A stretch of DNA of 64,000 nt. Origin: Phycisphaeraceae bacterium (GTDB taxonomy: Bacteria > Planctomycetota > Phycisphaerae > Phycisphaerales > Phycisphaeraceae). Every line of letters starts with the position of its first letter. Positions within the stretch are counted from its first letter, which is position 1. Below are positions 18,130 to 27,412 of the stretch, one piece after another. The notes beneath the pieces are model-generated. The model saw only the letters and a program-made list of their open reading frames with translations, did no database searches and was not told where the DNA came from. The stretch is from positions 110,676 through 174,675 of the forward strand of contig JANQFR010000068.1 of assembly GCA_028277745.1 (NCBI GenBank), in the 5' to 3' direction. Both the position numbers and the translations under genes were made by a program.

Positions 18130-18161
18130 TTCCCGCGGGCATTGCCCGCGGCTTTACCTGC
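18130..18161. repeat. Repeat family C: 19-bp perfect palindrome CCGCGGGCATTGCCCGCGG followed by CTTTAC, copy 1
   Basis: Same motif at 42804-42834 and 25006-25036 (a C variant), all on the + orientation. Confidence 0.5.
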
Positions 18162-18177
18162 AATGACGGGGAAAACC

Positions 18178-18924
18178 ATGCGAAGCCGGGCGTTTTCACT
18201 GGTCGAACTGCTGACCGCGATCGGTATCGTCGCGCTGCTGATCGGCCTGGTGCTGCCCACGCTGGCCCGGACTCGCGACAAGGGGCGGTCGACGGTGTGC
18301 CTGAGCAACATCCGTTCGTGCGGGCAGGTGTCGCTGATGTTCGCCGCGGACCACGACGGGTGGCTGTCGGTCGGGTCGTCGCAGCCCGGGTTCGACACGC
18401 TGATCAACCCCGACGCGGCGCCGAAGACGTGGGTTGAGCACTTGGCGCCTTACTGGGACGAGCAGGAAGGCGCGCTGATCTGCCCGTCGGATAAGAGCCC
18501 GCATTTCGAGACGCCCGAGCCGGTGACGGGTCGGTTGCGCGACAGCAGCTACGTGGTCAACGGGATGCTGTGGTACGGCGATCGGTGGCGGCCCAGAAGC
18601 GACGGCGGGATCGACCTGCACCTCGCATCGGTGAAGCGTCCGACGTACGTGGTCCTGCTCGGCGAACGGATCGGCGGCACGCCTCTGGCGGTGATCGACC
18701 TGATCGTGGTCGAGCAACCGGGGCATGAAGACGGCCAGGAAGGGCTGGGCATTGATGATGAGCCGCAGATCAGCATCGACCTTCACGGCGACGGATCGAA
18801 CTACGCGTTTCTCGATGGGCACGCGGCCCTGCATCCGTGGGAGCAGTTGATGAAGCGTGACCGGGTTCCGAACAACGGCCGGGTTTGGGAGATCAACCGC
18901 TTGAACCCGCTTTTCGGGCGTTGA
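18178..18924 (+). CDS. DUF1559 family protein with prepilin-type N-terminal cleavage/methylation domain
   Basis: MRSRAFSLVELLTAIGIVALLIGLVLPTLA prepilin motif, the family that is expanded in Planctomycetota; alternative start at 18163. Confidence 0.8.
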   Translation: MRSRAFSLVELLTAIGIVALLIGLVLPTLARTRDKGRSTVCLSNIRSCGQVSLMFAADHDGWLSVGSSQPGFDTLINPDAAPKTWVEHLAPYWDEQEGALICPSDKSPHFETPEPVTGRLRDSSYVVNGMLWYGDRWRPRSDGGIDLHLASVKRPTYVVLLGERIGGTPLAVIDLIVVEQPGHEDGQEGLGIDDEPQISIDLHGDGSNYAFLDGHAALHPWEQLMKRDRVPNNGRVWEINRLNPLFGR

Positions 18925-18933
18925 GGACCAGAC

Positions 18934-19929
18934 GTGACCCGCCAGGCTTGTGAACGTTGCGGCGAATCGATCGAGCCCCCGCCGGACCCGCCGGCGGGCA
19001 AGTTTCGTTGCCCCCTCTGCCACGCGGTCAACCTGGTCCCGGTCGAGCAAACGGCGTCTGTCGGATTGCGGTTGGCCGAGTCCGCGCAAGACGCGCCGCC
19101 GCAGGCGGAGACGGGCGGGACGGCCTTGCTGACGTTTGACGCCGCCGCCGCCGACGACGAAGCGGCCGACCCCGTCGACCCGGCTACGCTCGACTGGGCG
19201 TTGGGGCCGCTGGATGAGACGTCCGCTCAAACGCCGGCGGACCCGGTGGTTTTGAGGGTCAAGACGCCGCTATGGGGCGGGGCCCGCCTCGCGATTGGCC
19301 TGGGTGTCGCGGCGGCGGTCGGCCTGGGCGTGATCTGGGCGGGGCTGGCGTATCTGACGGGATGGCCCTTGGGCGTCATGGCGGTGGTGATCGGCGCCGT
19401 CACGGCCTGGACGGCGTCGAGTCTTATGGATCGGCGGAATCAGGCCGTCGGGCTGCTGGCGGTGGGGCTGACCGTGCTGGCGTGCTTCAGCGGCAAGGCG
19501 CTGATCGCGGCGGCGGCCCGGCCGGCGCTGTCGCAGCACATGTCGACGGCTGACCCCGACCTCATCCGCGCGGCGGTGGGGCGGCAGATGATCGCGAACC
19601 GTGCGTTCGACCCGGCGCTCCAGGAGGCGTTGGACCACCTGGCCGAGACCGGCAACCGCACGCTCGACAAGCCCCCGGGGTCGCTCAATCGGCGGATCGA
19701 GGCCCAGGTCCAGGCCCGGGTCGAGCAGATGCCGCCCGCCCAACGCCGGGCCGCCGTTGCCCAACTGCTCCGTGACGAGCCCGGCTTGGCCCGGCTGCAC
19801 CCCGCGATGCCGGTCTTTTCCATCTGGGACATCGGCTGGCTGGCGCTGGCGTTGGCGCTGGCGTACCGCCTCGCCGCCGGGCCCCGGCCGGTGCGGAAGC
19901 CGAGCCTCGTCTTGACCGATCCGGAGTGA
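18934..19929 (+). CDS. Hypothetical membrane protein with N-terminal zinc ribbon
   Basis: GTG start; CERCGES...CPLCHAVN, then an acidic linker and several TM helices. Confidence 0.45.
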   Translation: MTRQACERCGESIEPPPDPPAGKFRCPLCHAVNLVPVEQTASVGLRLAESAQDAPPQAETGGTALLTFDAAAADDEAADPVDPATLDWALGPLDETSAQTPADPVVLRVKTPLWGGARLAIGLGVAAAVGLGVIWAGLAYLTGWPLGVMAVVIGAVTAWTASSLMDRRNQAVGLLAVGLTVLACFSGKALIAAAARPALSQHMSTADPDLIRAAVGRQMIANRAFDPALQEALDHLAETGNRTLDKPPGSLNRRIEAQVQARVEQMPPAQRRAAVAQLLRDEPGLARLHPAMPVFSIWDIGWLALALALAYRLAAGPRPVRKPSLVLTDPE

Positions 19930-20053
19930 TCCGGCACAATACGCGGCTCGAATCGCAGGCCGAGCGTCGGCCTGAACTTCGTTGGACCCGCGGAGCCGTA
20001 GCCACGGCCGAGCCCCAAGAGGCGCCCCCCGGAAACGGCGGGCGGAACGCGTT

Positions 20054-20656
20054 ATGGCCAACTACACCGGCCCCAAGGTCAAGCTCTCCCGCCGCGTCGG
20101 CGTTCCCATCGCCGACCTGCCCAAGCACACCACCAAGCGTCAGCTCAACCCCCCCGGCATGCACGGCTTCCGCGGCCGGCGCCTCCGCGACTACGGCGTC
20201 CGCCTCAACGAGAAGCAGAAGCTCCGTTACCACTACAACGTCCTCGAAAAGCAGTTCCGCCTCTACATGGCCAAGGCCGGCCGCACCAAGGGCAACACCG
20301 GCGAGGTCCTGCTCCGCCTGCTCGAGCAGCGCCTCGACAACGTCATCCGCCGCCTGGGCTGGGCCCGCTCCATCTGGGCCGCCCGCCAGCTCGTCAGCCA
20401 CGGCCACATCCTCGTCAACGGCAGGAAGGTCGACGTCGCGTCCTACCAGATCAGCGTCGGCGACGAGGTCACGATCAAGAAGGACAACGCCAAGAAGGTC
20501 ATCCGGGAGAACATGGAGTCCCTGCCCGGCCACGAGGTCCCCGGCTGGCTTACGTTCGACCCCTCGACCCTGACCGCCAAGGTCGTCGCCACCCCCACCA
20601 GCGACCAGGTGCCGTTCGACGTGAACCTGAACCTGATCATCGAGTTCTACCGCTAG
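20054..20656 (+). CDS. rpsD: 30S ribosomal protein S4
   Basis: MANYTGPKVKLSRRVGVP...S4 domain HGHILVNGRKVDVASYQISVGDEVTI; 200 aa. Confidence 0.9.
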   Translation: MANYTGPKVKLSRRVGVPIADLPKHTTKRQLNPPGMHGFRGRRLRDYGVRLNEKQKLRYHYNVLEKQFRLYMAKAGRTKGNTGEVLLRLLEQRLDNVIRRLGWARSIWAARQLVSHGHILVNGRKVDVASYQISVGDEVTIKKDNAKKVIRENMESLPGHEVPGWLTFDPSTLTAKVVATPTSDQVPFDVNLNLIIEFYR

Positions 20657-20706
20657 AGCGAGTCCGCTTGATACGCACCGCCTCCCGCTTATAGAGCGAC
20701 GGGGTT

Positions 20707-20764
20707 GGCTTAGCCGGGCCGCTACGCGGCCCTGGACCAGGCGGGCGTAGCCCGCCGGCTAAGG
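20707..20764. repeat. Repeat family B, copy 2 (inverted relative to copy 1)
   Basis: ggcttagccgggccgctacgcggccctggaccaggcgggcgtagcccgccggctaagg is the reverse complement of the 4979-5036 element with 3 mismatches. Confidence 0.6.
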
Positions 20765-20787
20765 CGATAAAACGATCGACTGAACGA

Positions 20788-20820
20788 AGCCCAGGGATTC
20801 CCATCCCTGGGCTTTTGTTG
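20788..20820 (+). terminator. Rho-independent terminator after rpsD
   Basis: Perfect 11-bp stem agcccagggat / atccctgggct with a tccc loop, followed by tttgttg. Confidence 0.7.
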
Positions 20821-20903
20821 TGTTTGATGGAAACTTCTTGCCACGCCCCCTCCCGCACGTATGATGGCTCAGCCGAATCAGGTCCGAGCGGAAAGGGTAA
20901 CTC

Positions 20904-22412
20904 ATGCGTGTCCTGCTGGTGCATCCGAGCCCGCTGCTGTACTCCGAGGTCTACCTCCGGCTGGAGCCGCTGGGCATGGAATGCGTGGGCGCCGCGCTGC
21001 TCGCGGCCGGCCATGACGTGCGGCTGATCGACCTGCAGGTCTTCAAACGCCCGGACCTGGAGCGGGAGCTGGCTCGGTTCCGGCCCCAGGCCGTGGGCTT
21101 CTCTGTCAACTACCTCGCCAATGTGCCCGAGGTGATCGACCTGGCTAAGCTCATCAAGCAGCGGCTGCCCGGCGCGTTCGTGTTCTGCGGCGGGCACAGC
21201 ATCTCGTTCATCACCGAAGAGGTGATCGCCCACGGCGACGGCGCGATCGACGCGATCGTCACCGGCGAGGGCGAGACCACCACGCCGATGATGCTGGAGC
21301 AGGCGCCGGACGTCGACGGGCTGCCCGGCGTCGCCACCGCCCGCGGCAAGGGGCCGCGCCCCACGCTGCAGACCGACATCAACGCCATCCGCCCCGCCCG
21401 CCACCTGACCCGGCGGCGGCGGCGGTACTTCATCGGCGAACTCGACCCCTGCGCCTCGATCGAGTTTTCCCGCGGCTGCCCGTGGGACTGCTCGTTCTGC
21501 TCCGCGTGGACCTTCTACGGCCGCAGCTACCGCCTGGCCGACCCCGCCGTCATTGGCGACGAGCTGCAGGCGATCCGCGAGCCCAACTGCTTCATCGTCG
21601 ACGACGTCGCGTTCGTCCACCCCGAACACGGCATGGCCATCGCCGACGAGATCGAGAAACGCGGCATCAAAAAACGCTACTACCTCGAAACGCGCTGCGA
21701 CGTCTTGATCCGCAATCGCGAGGTCTTCGCCCGCTGGGCGAAGCTCGGGCTGTGCTACATGTTCCTCGGCCTCGAGTCGCTCGACGCCGACCAGCTCAAG
21801 CTCTTCCGCAAGCGGGTGACGCCGAACCAGAACTTCGAGGCCCTCGAGATCGCGCGCGAGCTGGGGATCGAGGTGGCGATCAACCTCATCACCGACCCGT
21901 CGTGGGACGAGGAGAAGTTCACGGCGGCCCGCGAGTGGGCGACCCGGGTGCCCGAGATCGTCCACCTGACCGTCGCCACGCCGTACCCCGGCACCGAGCT
22001 GTTCCACACCGACCGCCGCCGGCTGACGACCGACGATTACCGCCTGTTCGACATCCAGCACGCGGTGACGCCCACGAAGCTGCCGCTGCGCGAGTTCTAC
22101 GCGCAGCTGGTCGAGACCCAGTCGATCATCAACCGCAAGTTCATGGGCTGGAAGACGGCGGTCGACGTCTCGCGGATCCTGGCCGGGCAACTGGCCCGCG
22201 GCCAGACCAACTTCCTGCGGATGTTGTTCAAGTTCGCTTCGGTCTACAACGTCGACCGCTTCCACGGCGACCACGACAAGCCGGTCGTCTACGGCATGCG
22301 CAAGCCCGAGGACTATCCCGTCAAGCCCACCCCCGATGACCTGATGGTTCACGTGAAGGTGTCGACCGGGAAACGCCGCGAGTCGGCCGAAGTGGCGTCG
22401 TCGTCGGTGTGA
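20904..22412 (+). CDS. B12-binding domain radical SAM protein (class B, HpnJ-like)
   Basis: N-terminal cobalamin-binding Rossmann-like domain, radical SAM CxxxCxxC (GCPWDCSFC), 502 aa. Confidence 0.8.
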   Translation: MRVLLVHPSPLLYSEVYLRLEPLGMECVGAALLAAGHDVRLIDLQVFKRPDLERELARFRPQAVGFSVNYLANVPEVIDLAKLIKQRLPGAFVFCGGHSISFITEEVIAHGDGAIDAIVTGEGETTTPMMLEQAPDVDGLPGVATARGKGPRPTLQTDINAIRPARHLTRRRRRYFIGELDPCASIEFSRGCPWDCSFCSAWTFYGRSYRLADPAVIGDELQAIREPNCFIVDDVAFVHPEHGMAIADEIEKRGIKKRYYLETRCDVLIRNREVFARWAKLGLCYMFLGLESLDADQLKLFRKRVTPNQNFEALEIARELGIEVAINLITDPSWDEEKFTAAREWATRVPEIVHLTVATPYPGTELFHTDRRRLTTDDYRLFDIQHAVTPTKLPLREFYAQLVETQSIINRKFMGWKTAVDVSRILAGQLARGQTNFLRMLFKFASVYNVDRFHGDHDKPVVYGMRKPEDYPVKPTPDDLMVHVKVSTGKRRESAEVASSSV

Positions 22413-22422
22413 ATCCCTTCAG

Positions 22423-22457
22423 ATAGCCGGCGGGCTACGCCCGCCTGGGCCGGCTAT
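22423..22457. repeat. Repeat family B, short copy 3
   Basis: atagccggcgggctacgcccgcctgggccggctat; overlaps the stop codon of the DUF72 gene. Confidence 0.45.
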
Positions 22458-23302
22458 TAAAACAGGCTGCCTTGCGCCGCCTCACCCGATGGCGTGGGCA
22501 GCCCCAGCAGCTTGTGCATCCGCCGGCACGTCGCCGGGGCGTGTCCCGCGTAGCTGTTGCCGAAGTACCCGTAAAGGTCCGGCGTCGGCCCGCTCTGCCC
22601 CATGAGCGGCTGGAGTTGATCGGCCCACCATCGCAGGCGCGGGGTCGGGTCGACTTTTTCCTGCGCCCGCGTGCCGAACTGGCCGTGGTTGCCCACCCAC
22701 CGGATATACAGGAAATCGCTCGTCACGATCACCGGCCGGGGGCGGTGCGCCGCGCCGCCCTGAAGCGTATCCGCGGGCGAGACCCCGGCGACCTCGGGCG
22801 TCGGCTGGTCTGATCCGACCCACGCGATGCGGCGCTCCCGCAGCAGGTCGGCGGTGGCGTCCGACCACCACGACGGGTGCCGCAGCTCCACCGCGAAGCG
22901 GATGTCCGCGGGCAGCCGCCGCAGGAAACGCCCCAACTCGTCCCGACGCTCAGCCCGGAACCGCGGGGGGAACTGCATCAGCACCACGCCGAGCCGGTCG
23001 CCCAGCTCACGCACCGTCTTGAGAAACAGGCGCATCACGTCGCCCACCGCCACCGTCCCCAGCGGGCCCTCGTGCGTGACCGCACGCGGGGTCTTGACGC
23101 TGAACGTGAACCCCTCGGGGACCGACTCGGCCCACCGACGCACCCGCTCGGCCGGAGGCACCGCATGGAACGTCGTGTCCAGTTCCAGCGACGAGAAATG
23201 CTGCGCATACCACCCAAGCCGGCGCGTCGGCTTCAGGCCCCGCGGGTAGAAGACCCCCGACCAGTCGTCATAGACAAAGCCGATCGTGCCGAGACGATGC
23301 AT
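22457..23302 (-). CDS. DUF72 (YecE-like) family protein
   Basis: N-terminus MHRLGTIGFVYDDWSGVFYPRGLKPTRRLGWYAQHFSSLELDTTFHAVP is typical of DUF72; 281 aa. Confidence 0.8.
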   Translation of the reverse strand: MHRLGTIGFVYDDWSGVFYPRGLKPTRRLGWYAQHFSSLELDTTFHAVPPAERVRRWAESVPEGFTFSVKTPRAVTHEGPLGTVAVGDVMRLFLKTVRELGDRLGVVLMQFPPRFRAERRDELGRFLRRLPADIRFAVELRHPSWWSDATADLLRERRIAWVGSDQPTPEVAGVSPADTLQGGAAHRPRPVIVTSDFLYIRWVGNHGQFGTRAQEKVDPTPRLRWWADQLQPLMGQSGPTPDLYGYFGNSYAGHAPATCRRMHKLLGLPTPSGEAAQGSLF

Positions 23303-23325
23303 CCATTAAGTGTAGACGCGGCGCC

Positions 23326-24864
23326 TCAGCGTCGCCGCACCAGGAGCGTGACGGTCAGGACGCCTAGAGCCGCGGCCGTGCCCGGCTCGGGGATGAACGA
23401 GGCGAAGGTCAGGCCGACGCGGTTGTCGGTCTCGTCGTAAATAATGAAGTCGAACAGGCCCGGCAGGATCGTCAGATCGCCGACGCCGGTGGGGTCGATC
23501 GCGCCGTCGACAAAGGCGGAGGCGAGCAGCGTGTTGACGCCGAGCACGGCGGGGAGGGTGTAGCTGTCGACGCCGTTGTCGATGCTGATATCGGCGATCG
23601 CAAACGGGACCCCCTCGAACGTGAGCGGCCGCTCGACGCGCACGCCGTTTTCATCGATGAAATAGGTGGGCAGGGTCAACTCATCGAGGATCACGCCGAT
23701 GAGCGTGCTGCCCGACTCGTCGCCGACGCCGGCGACCTGGAGCTCGAAAGTTTCGACCGCGGAGCCGTCGTCGGCGGTGACGCCGGTGACCGCGCCCTGG
23801 GCGTCGCGCTGGATCGCGAAGCCGATCTGGTCGAGGACGTCGGGGTTGATGACGCTGATGGACCCGCCGGTGTCGAAGAGGGCGGAGACCTCGATGGTCA
23901 GGCCGGCAAAGCCGAGGGTGATGCCCGGGGCGCTGTCGCTGGCGTCGCCGATGGTCTCGTTGACCAGGTCGGGTAGCCCGCCGCCGACCATGGGGTTGTG
24001 GGCGATGGTGGGGGGCGTGCCGTTGGTGGTGGTGGTGAGGGGGCCGAAGTCGGCGAAGTCGAGGTCCATGACCAGGTCGACCTCGTCCCAGTCGGGCACG
24101 CCCGGCTCATCGGTGCTGTCGGGGTTCCAGGCCGGGCCGGTCCCGTGGTTGTAGAGGCGGTTGACCAACACCGGCAGGGCGTCGGGGTCGGAGGTGTCGC
24201 CGAGCGCGAACGCGTTGAGGCCGCGGGCGTCGATCACCATGGTCCGCCCCTCCAGCAGGGGCATGCCGAAGACGTTGAACTCGGAGTACGCCGCGAGGAA
24301 GGCGTCGAAGTCGGTGAGATCGCCCGACAGATCGGCGGCGTCGACCGCCGCTTGGATATTGCTGGACTGGAGCGAGTAGTTGGCGATGTCGTTGTTGCTG
24401 CCCGAAGGCGTGGCGGGCGCGATCGCGAAGTTGAGCGGCGTGGAGATGTCGAAGGTCTCCGTCCCGCCGATGCCCACGTCGGTGAACGTCGCGCCCAATT
24501 GCTTGGGGATCAAAAAGTTCGCCGCGGTGAACGGGCCGAGGGTCACAACGCTGGCGCCGGTGTCGGTGAAGCCCTCGATGGTGAACGGCCCCGAGCCGAG
24601 CAGGCCGCCAAAGTCGAACGCCCCGTCGAAGATCGGGTCGCTGAACAGGTCGTCAAAGAAATCGCCCAGATCGAATAGGCTCTCCTGCGGGTCGGTCATC
24701 CCCGGCAGGAAGACGGCCACCTGGACCTGGGGCAGGTCGAGAGCCGCGTTGCCGATGCTGAAGCTCTCTCCCGGCAACCGCTCCACCACCAACCCGCTTT
24801 GCGCCGAAGCGACGGCAGCCCCGAAAACCATCACGACCCCCGCGAACAAACCGCGAACACACAT
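23326..24864 (-). CDS. Secreted PEP-CTERM sorting domain protein
   Basis: Signal peptide MCVRGLFAGVVMVFGAAVASAQS; C-terminal FIPEPGTAAALGVLTVTLLVRRR (PEP motif, TM helix, basic tail). Confidence 0.65.
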   Translation of the reverse strand: MCVRGLFAGVVMVFGAAVASAQSGLVVERLPGESFSIGNAALDLPQVQVAVFLPGMTDPQESLFDLGDFFDDLFSDPIFDGAFDFGGLLGSGPFTIEGFTDTGASVVTLGPFTAANFLIPKQLGATFTDVGIGGTETFDISTPLNFAIAPATPSGSNNDIANYSLQSSNIQAAVDAADLSGDLTDFDAFLAAYSEFNVFGMPLLEGRTMVIDARGLNAFALGDTSDPDALPVLVNRLYNHGTGPAWNPDSTDEPGVPDWDEVDLVMDLDFADFGPLTTTTNGTPPTIAHNPMVGGGLPDLVNETIGDASDSAPGITLGFAGLTIEVSALFDTGGSISVINPDVLDQIGFAIQRDAQGAVTGVTADDGSAVETFELQVAGVGDESGSTLIGVILDELTLPTYFIDENGVRVERPLTFEGVPFAIADISIDNGVDSYTLPAVLGVNTLLASAFVDGAIDPTGVGDLTILPGLFDFIIYDETDNRVGLTFASFIPEPGTAAALGVLTVTLLVRRR

Positions 24865-25005
24865 AACCGGGGCTCCTCGCGAAACGAATGGACACGATGC
24901 CGATCCGCCCGGCTCAGATAGTTTACCCCGTTCGGCTTGCGATACGAAGCTTTTTGAACGGTAAAGTCGTGTTTGTGCGCGCGGGGAAACCCTCGCGGTT
25001 GTCCA

Positions 25006-25036
25006 ACCGCGGGCCTTGCCCGCGGCTTTCCATCCG
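25006..25036. repeat. Repeat family C, copy 3 (CCGCGGGCCTTGCCCGCGGCTTTCC)
   Basis: Lies between the hpf stop and the PEP-CTERM gene start. Confidence 0.45.
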
Positions 25037-25042
25037 TATGAA

Positions 25043-25342
25043 TCAGCGGCCGAGGCTTCGGCTGACGGCCCGGCCGAGTTTATCGGCGGTCTGCGTGATG
25101 GTCGCGTACAGGTCTTTGCCGGTGTTGTCCACGGTCAGCGGCTTCTTGCCCGCGATCCGGGCCTCCATGACGCAGCGCTTGTCGGATTCGCCGACCCGGC
25201 CCTGCTTGTCATCCCGCAGATGCACCTCGACCCGGGTCACCGCGTCGCGCACATGCCGGAGGGCGTGCTCCGCCCGGGTCACCGCGTGTTCCTTGAGGGT
25301 TTCGCTGTGATCGACATCGCCAAAGTTGACCAGGACCTGCAT
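25043..25342 (-). CDS. hpf: Ribosome hibernation promoting factor (short HPF/RaiA family)
   Basis: MQVLVNFGDV...DLYATITQTADKLGRAVSR matches the HPF C-terminal signature; start at ATG 25342. Confidence 0.8.
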   Translation of the reverse strand: MQVLVNFGDVDHSETLKEHAVTRAEHALRHVRDAVTRVEVHLRDDKQGRVGESDKRCVMEARIAGKKPLTVDNTGKDLYATITQTADKLGRAVSRSLGR

Positions 25343-25435
25343 AGGCGGGCTCCTTCGTATGGGTGAACAAGCAGGATACATACGCCGCGTCGGCGCCGAG
25401 GGTTCTGTCTCAGCCGGTTAGTGTAACCGTGTCAT

Positions 25436-26368
25436 TCACGCCCGGCCCGCCAGCGCGCCGACCCCGCCCGCGATCCCGACGATCGATTGCGTGAGCCGGT
25501 CATAGTCCAGCGTGTCGGGCGTGTCGCTGCCCTGGTGGTAATGCGGGTTCCGATAAAAGCTCGTGTCGGTGACCATCAGCGCCTTGAAACCCTCGTCCCA
25601 GAACGGGCCGTGGTCCGAGAGGCGGATGTCGTGGATCGCCTCGGGCAGCGGCACGGCGATCAGCGGCAGCCGGGTCGCGCGCTTGAACCCCCGGCGGAAC
25701 GTGTACAGCACGCCCGTCGAGCGCGGGTTGCCGACGACGCTGAGAAAGTCCCCCGCCGACCGCAGCATCTTCATCGCCAGCCGCGGCAACTGGACGGGAT
25801 AACGCTGGCTGCCCGGCGTCGGGTCGAAGTAGCCGATCATCTCGAGGCAGACCATCGCGGCGACGTGTTCGCCTTGCTCCCGGCATCGGCGCGCGTGGAC
25901 CTGGCTGCCCATCGTGTCGGTGTAGAAATGCGGCGGCTCCTCGTTGGCGAACGTGATGAACCGGATCGTCCGCTTGAACCGGCGTGGCGTCAGTAGACGC
26001 GAGGCCTCGAGCAGCCCGGCGACCGCCGAGGCGTTGTCGTCGGCGCCGGGGGTCTCGGGCACGGTGTCGTAATGCGCGCCGAGGATGACGATCTCGTCCG
26101 CCCGCGAGGTCCCGGGGTGTTCGACGATGAGGTTGACCGCAGGCCCCTGTTCGGTCGGGTAGGTTTCACGGATCACCTCAACCCGCATCTCACGCCACTG
26201 CCGCTCGACATAAGCGGCTGCCGCCTCGATCGAACTTGGCCGCCCCGCGTGGCGTGAACCGATCAAACCCGCCAGCGTGTCGACGTGACTCGCAGCCGCG
26301 TCGCGGATACGCCGTTCGTCGTCGCTGAGCGCGGGGGGTTTTGAGCCGGAACGACCGAAAGGGATCAT
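25436..26368 (-). CDS. M28 family metallopeptidase
   Basis: Zinc-ligand signature ILGAHYDTVPETPGADDNASAVAG and FANEEPPHF. Confidence 0.8.
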   Translation of the reverse strand: MIPFGRSGSKPPALSDDERRIRDAAASHVDTLAGLIGSRHAGRPSSIEAAAAYVERQWREMRVEVIRETYPTEQGPAVNLIVEHPGTSRADEIVILGAHYDTVPETPGADDNASAVAGLLEASRLLTPRRFKRTIRFITFANEEPPHFYTDTMGSQVHARRCREQGEHVAAMVCLEMIGYFDPTPGSQRYPVQLPRLAMKMLRSAGDFLSVVGNPRSTGVLYTFRRGFKRATRLPLIAVPLPEAIHDIRLSDHGPFWDEGFKALMVTDTSFYRNPHYHQGSDTPDTLDYDRLTQSIVGIAGGVGALAGRA

Positions 26369-26469
26369 TCAAGGATCATAACGAAACGCCGCCCATTCGA
26401 TTCCCCCGACGCTTCACCTGCACCGGGCGGGATGATAGATTGACGGCAAAGCAAAGATCGGACCGCCTC

Positions 26470-27369
26470 ATGCATGACGTTGTGATCATAGGGGGAAGCC
26501 ACGCGGGGCTCTCCGCCGCTCTGGTTCTCGGGCGGGCGGGCAGACGCGTTCTCGTGATCGACGGCGGCTCGCCCCGCAGCGTGCGGTCCGCTTCGGTCCA
26601 CGCGTTCCACACCCGCGATGGCGAACACAGCACCGTCGAGCTGCTCCAGATCGCGCGGGACCAGTTGGCCATGTACCCGAACGTCACACTGGAGCGGGGC
26701 GAGGTTGGTCGCGCCACGCAAGCCGACGGCGGCTTCTGCGTCGCGACCCGTGAACGCGAGCAGCTCGGCCGCATGCTCGTGCTGGCGACCGGCGTCCGGG
26801 ATGTGCTGCCCCCGATCGTCGGCCTCGATGCGTTGTGGGGCACGCTCGCGATCCGTTGCCCGTACTGCGACGCGTGGGAGCTGCGCGACCATCCCCTGGC
26901 CGTGATCGGCAATGACGAGCAGACCCTCCGCCACCTGCGCTTCGTGCGCCTCTGGTCGGAGCGTCTCACCCTGTACACGAACGGCCGCGCACTGCCGGCC
27001 GACGCCGCGGACCAACTCGCGGTGATGGGCGTCCGCGTCGTGGAGGCGCCCATCACCGAGATGGTCACCGCCGAGGGGATGGCGGAGATTGCTGCTGGCG
27101 ATCAGCGTTCGGCTTACCGGGGCGTCTTCCTCTGGCCGGTGATCGAGTTTCAGAATTCACTTGCTCAACAGCTCGGCTGCGCCGTACAGGCCTGCGGCGC
27201 CGTCGTGGTCGACCCCACGCGCCAGACCACGACCCAAGGGGTTTATGCCGTCGGCGATCTGGTTGAACCGGAAATGCATATGGTGGCGCTGGCGGCGTCA
27301 ACCGGGTTGCAGGCCGCATTCGCGATCAATACCGCGTTGTTTGAGCAGGACGACGCGAACACTCCGTGA
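26470..27369 (+). CDS. FAD/NAD(P)-binding oxidoreductase (pyridine nucleotide-disulfide oxidoreductase/TrxR-like)
   Basis: Dinucleotide-binding GxGxxG (VVIIGGSHAGLSAA), a second Rossmann-like segment, CPYCD redox motif; start at ATG 26470. Confidence 0.7.
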   Translation: MHDVVIIGGSHAGLSAALVLGRAGRRVLVIDGGSPRSVRSASVHAFHTRDGEHSTVELLQIARDQLAMYPNVTLERGEVGRATQADGGFCVATREREQLGRMLVLATGVRDVLPPIVGLDALWGTLAIRCPYCDAWELRDHPLAVIGNDEQTLRHLRFVRLWSERLTLYTNGRALPADAADQLAVMGVRVVEAPITEMVTAEGMAEIAAGDQRSAYRGVFLWPVIEFQNSLAQQLGCAVQACGAVVVDPTRQTTTQGVYAVGDLVEPEMHMVALAASTGLQAAFAINTALFEQDDANTP

Positions 27370-27412
27370 CCGCAATGGGCCGGCTGCGCCGACAACTGAT
27401 AGACTCCCCGCC

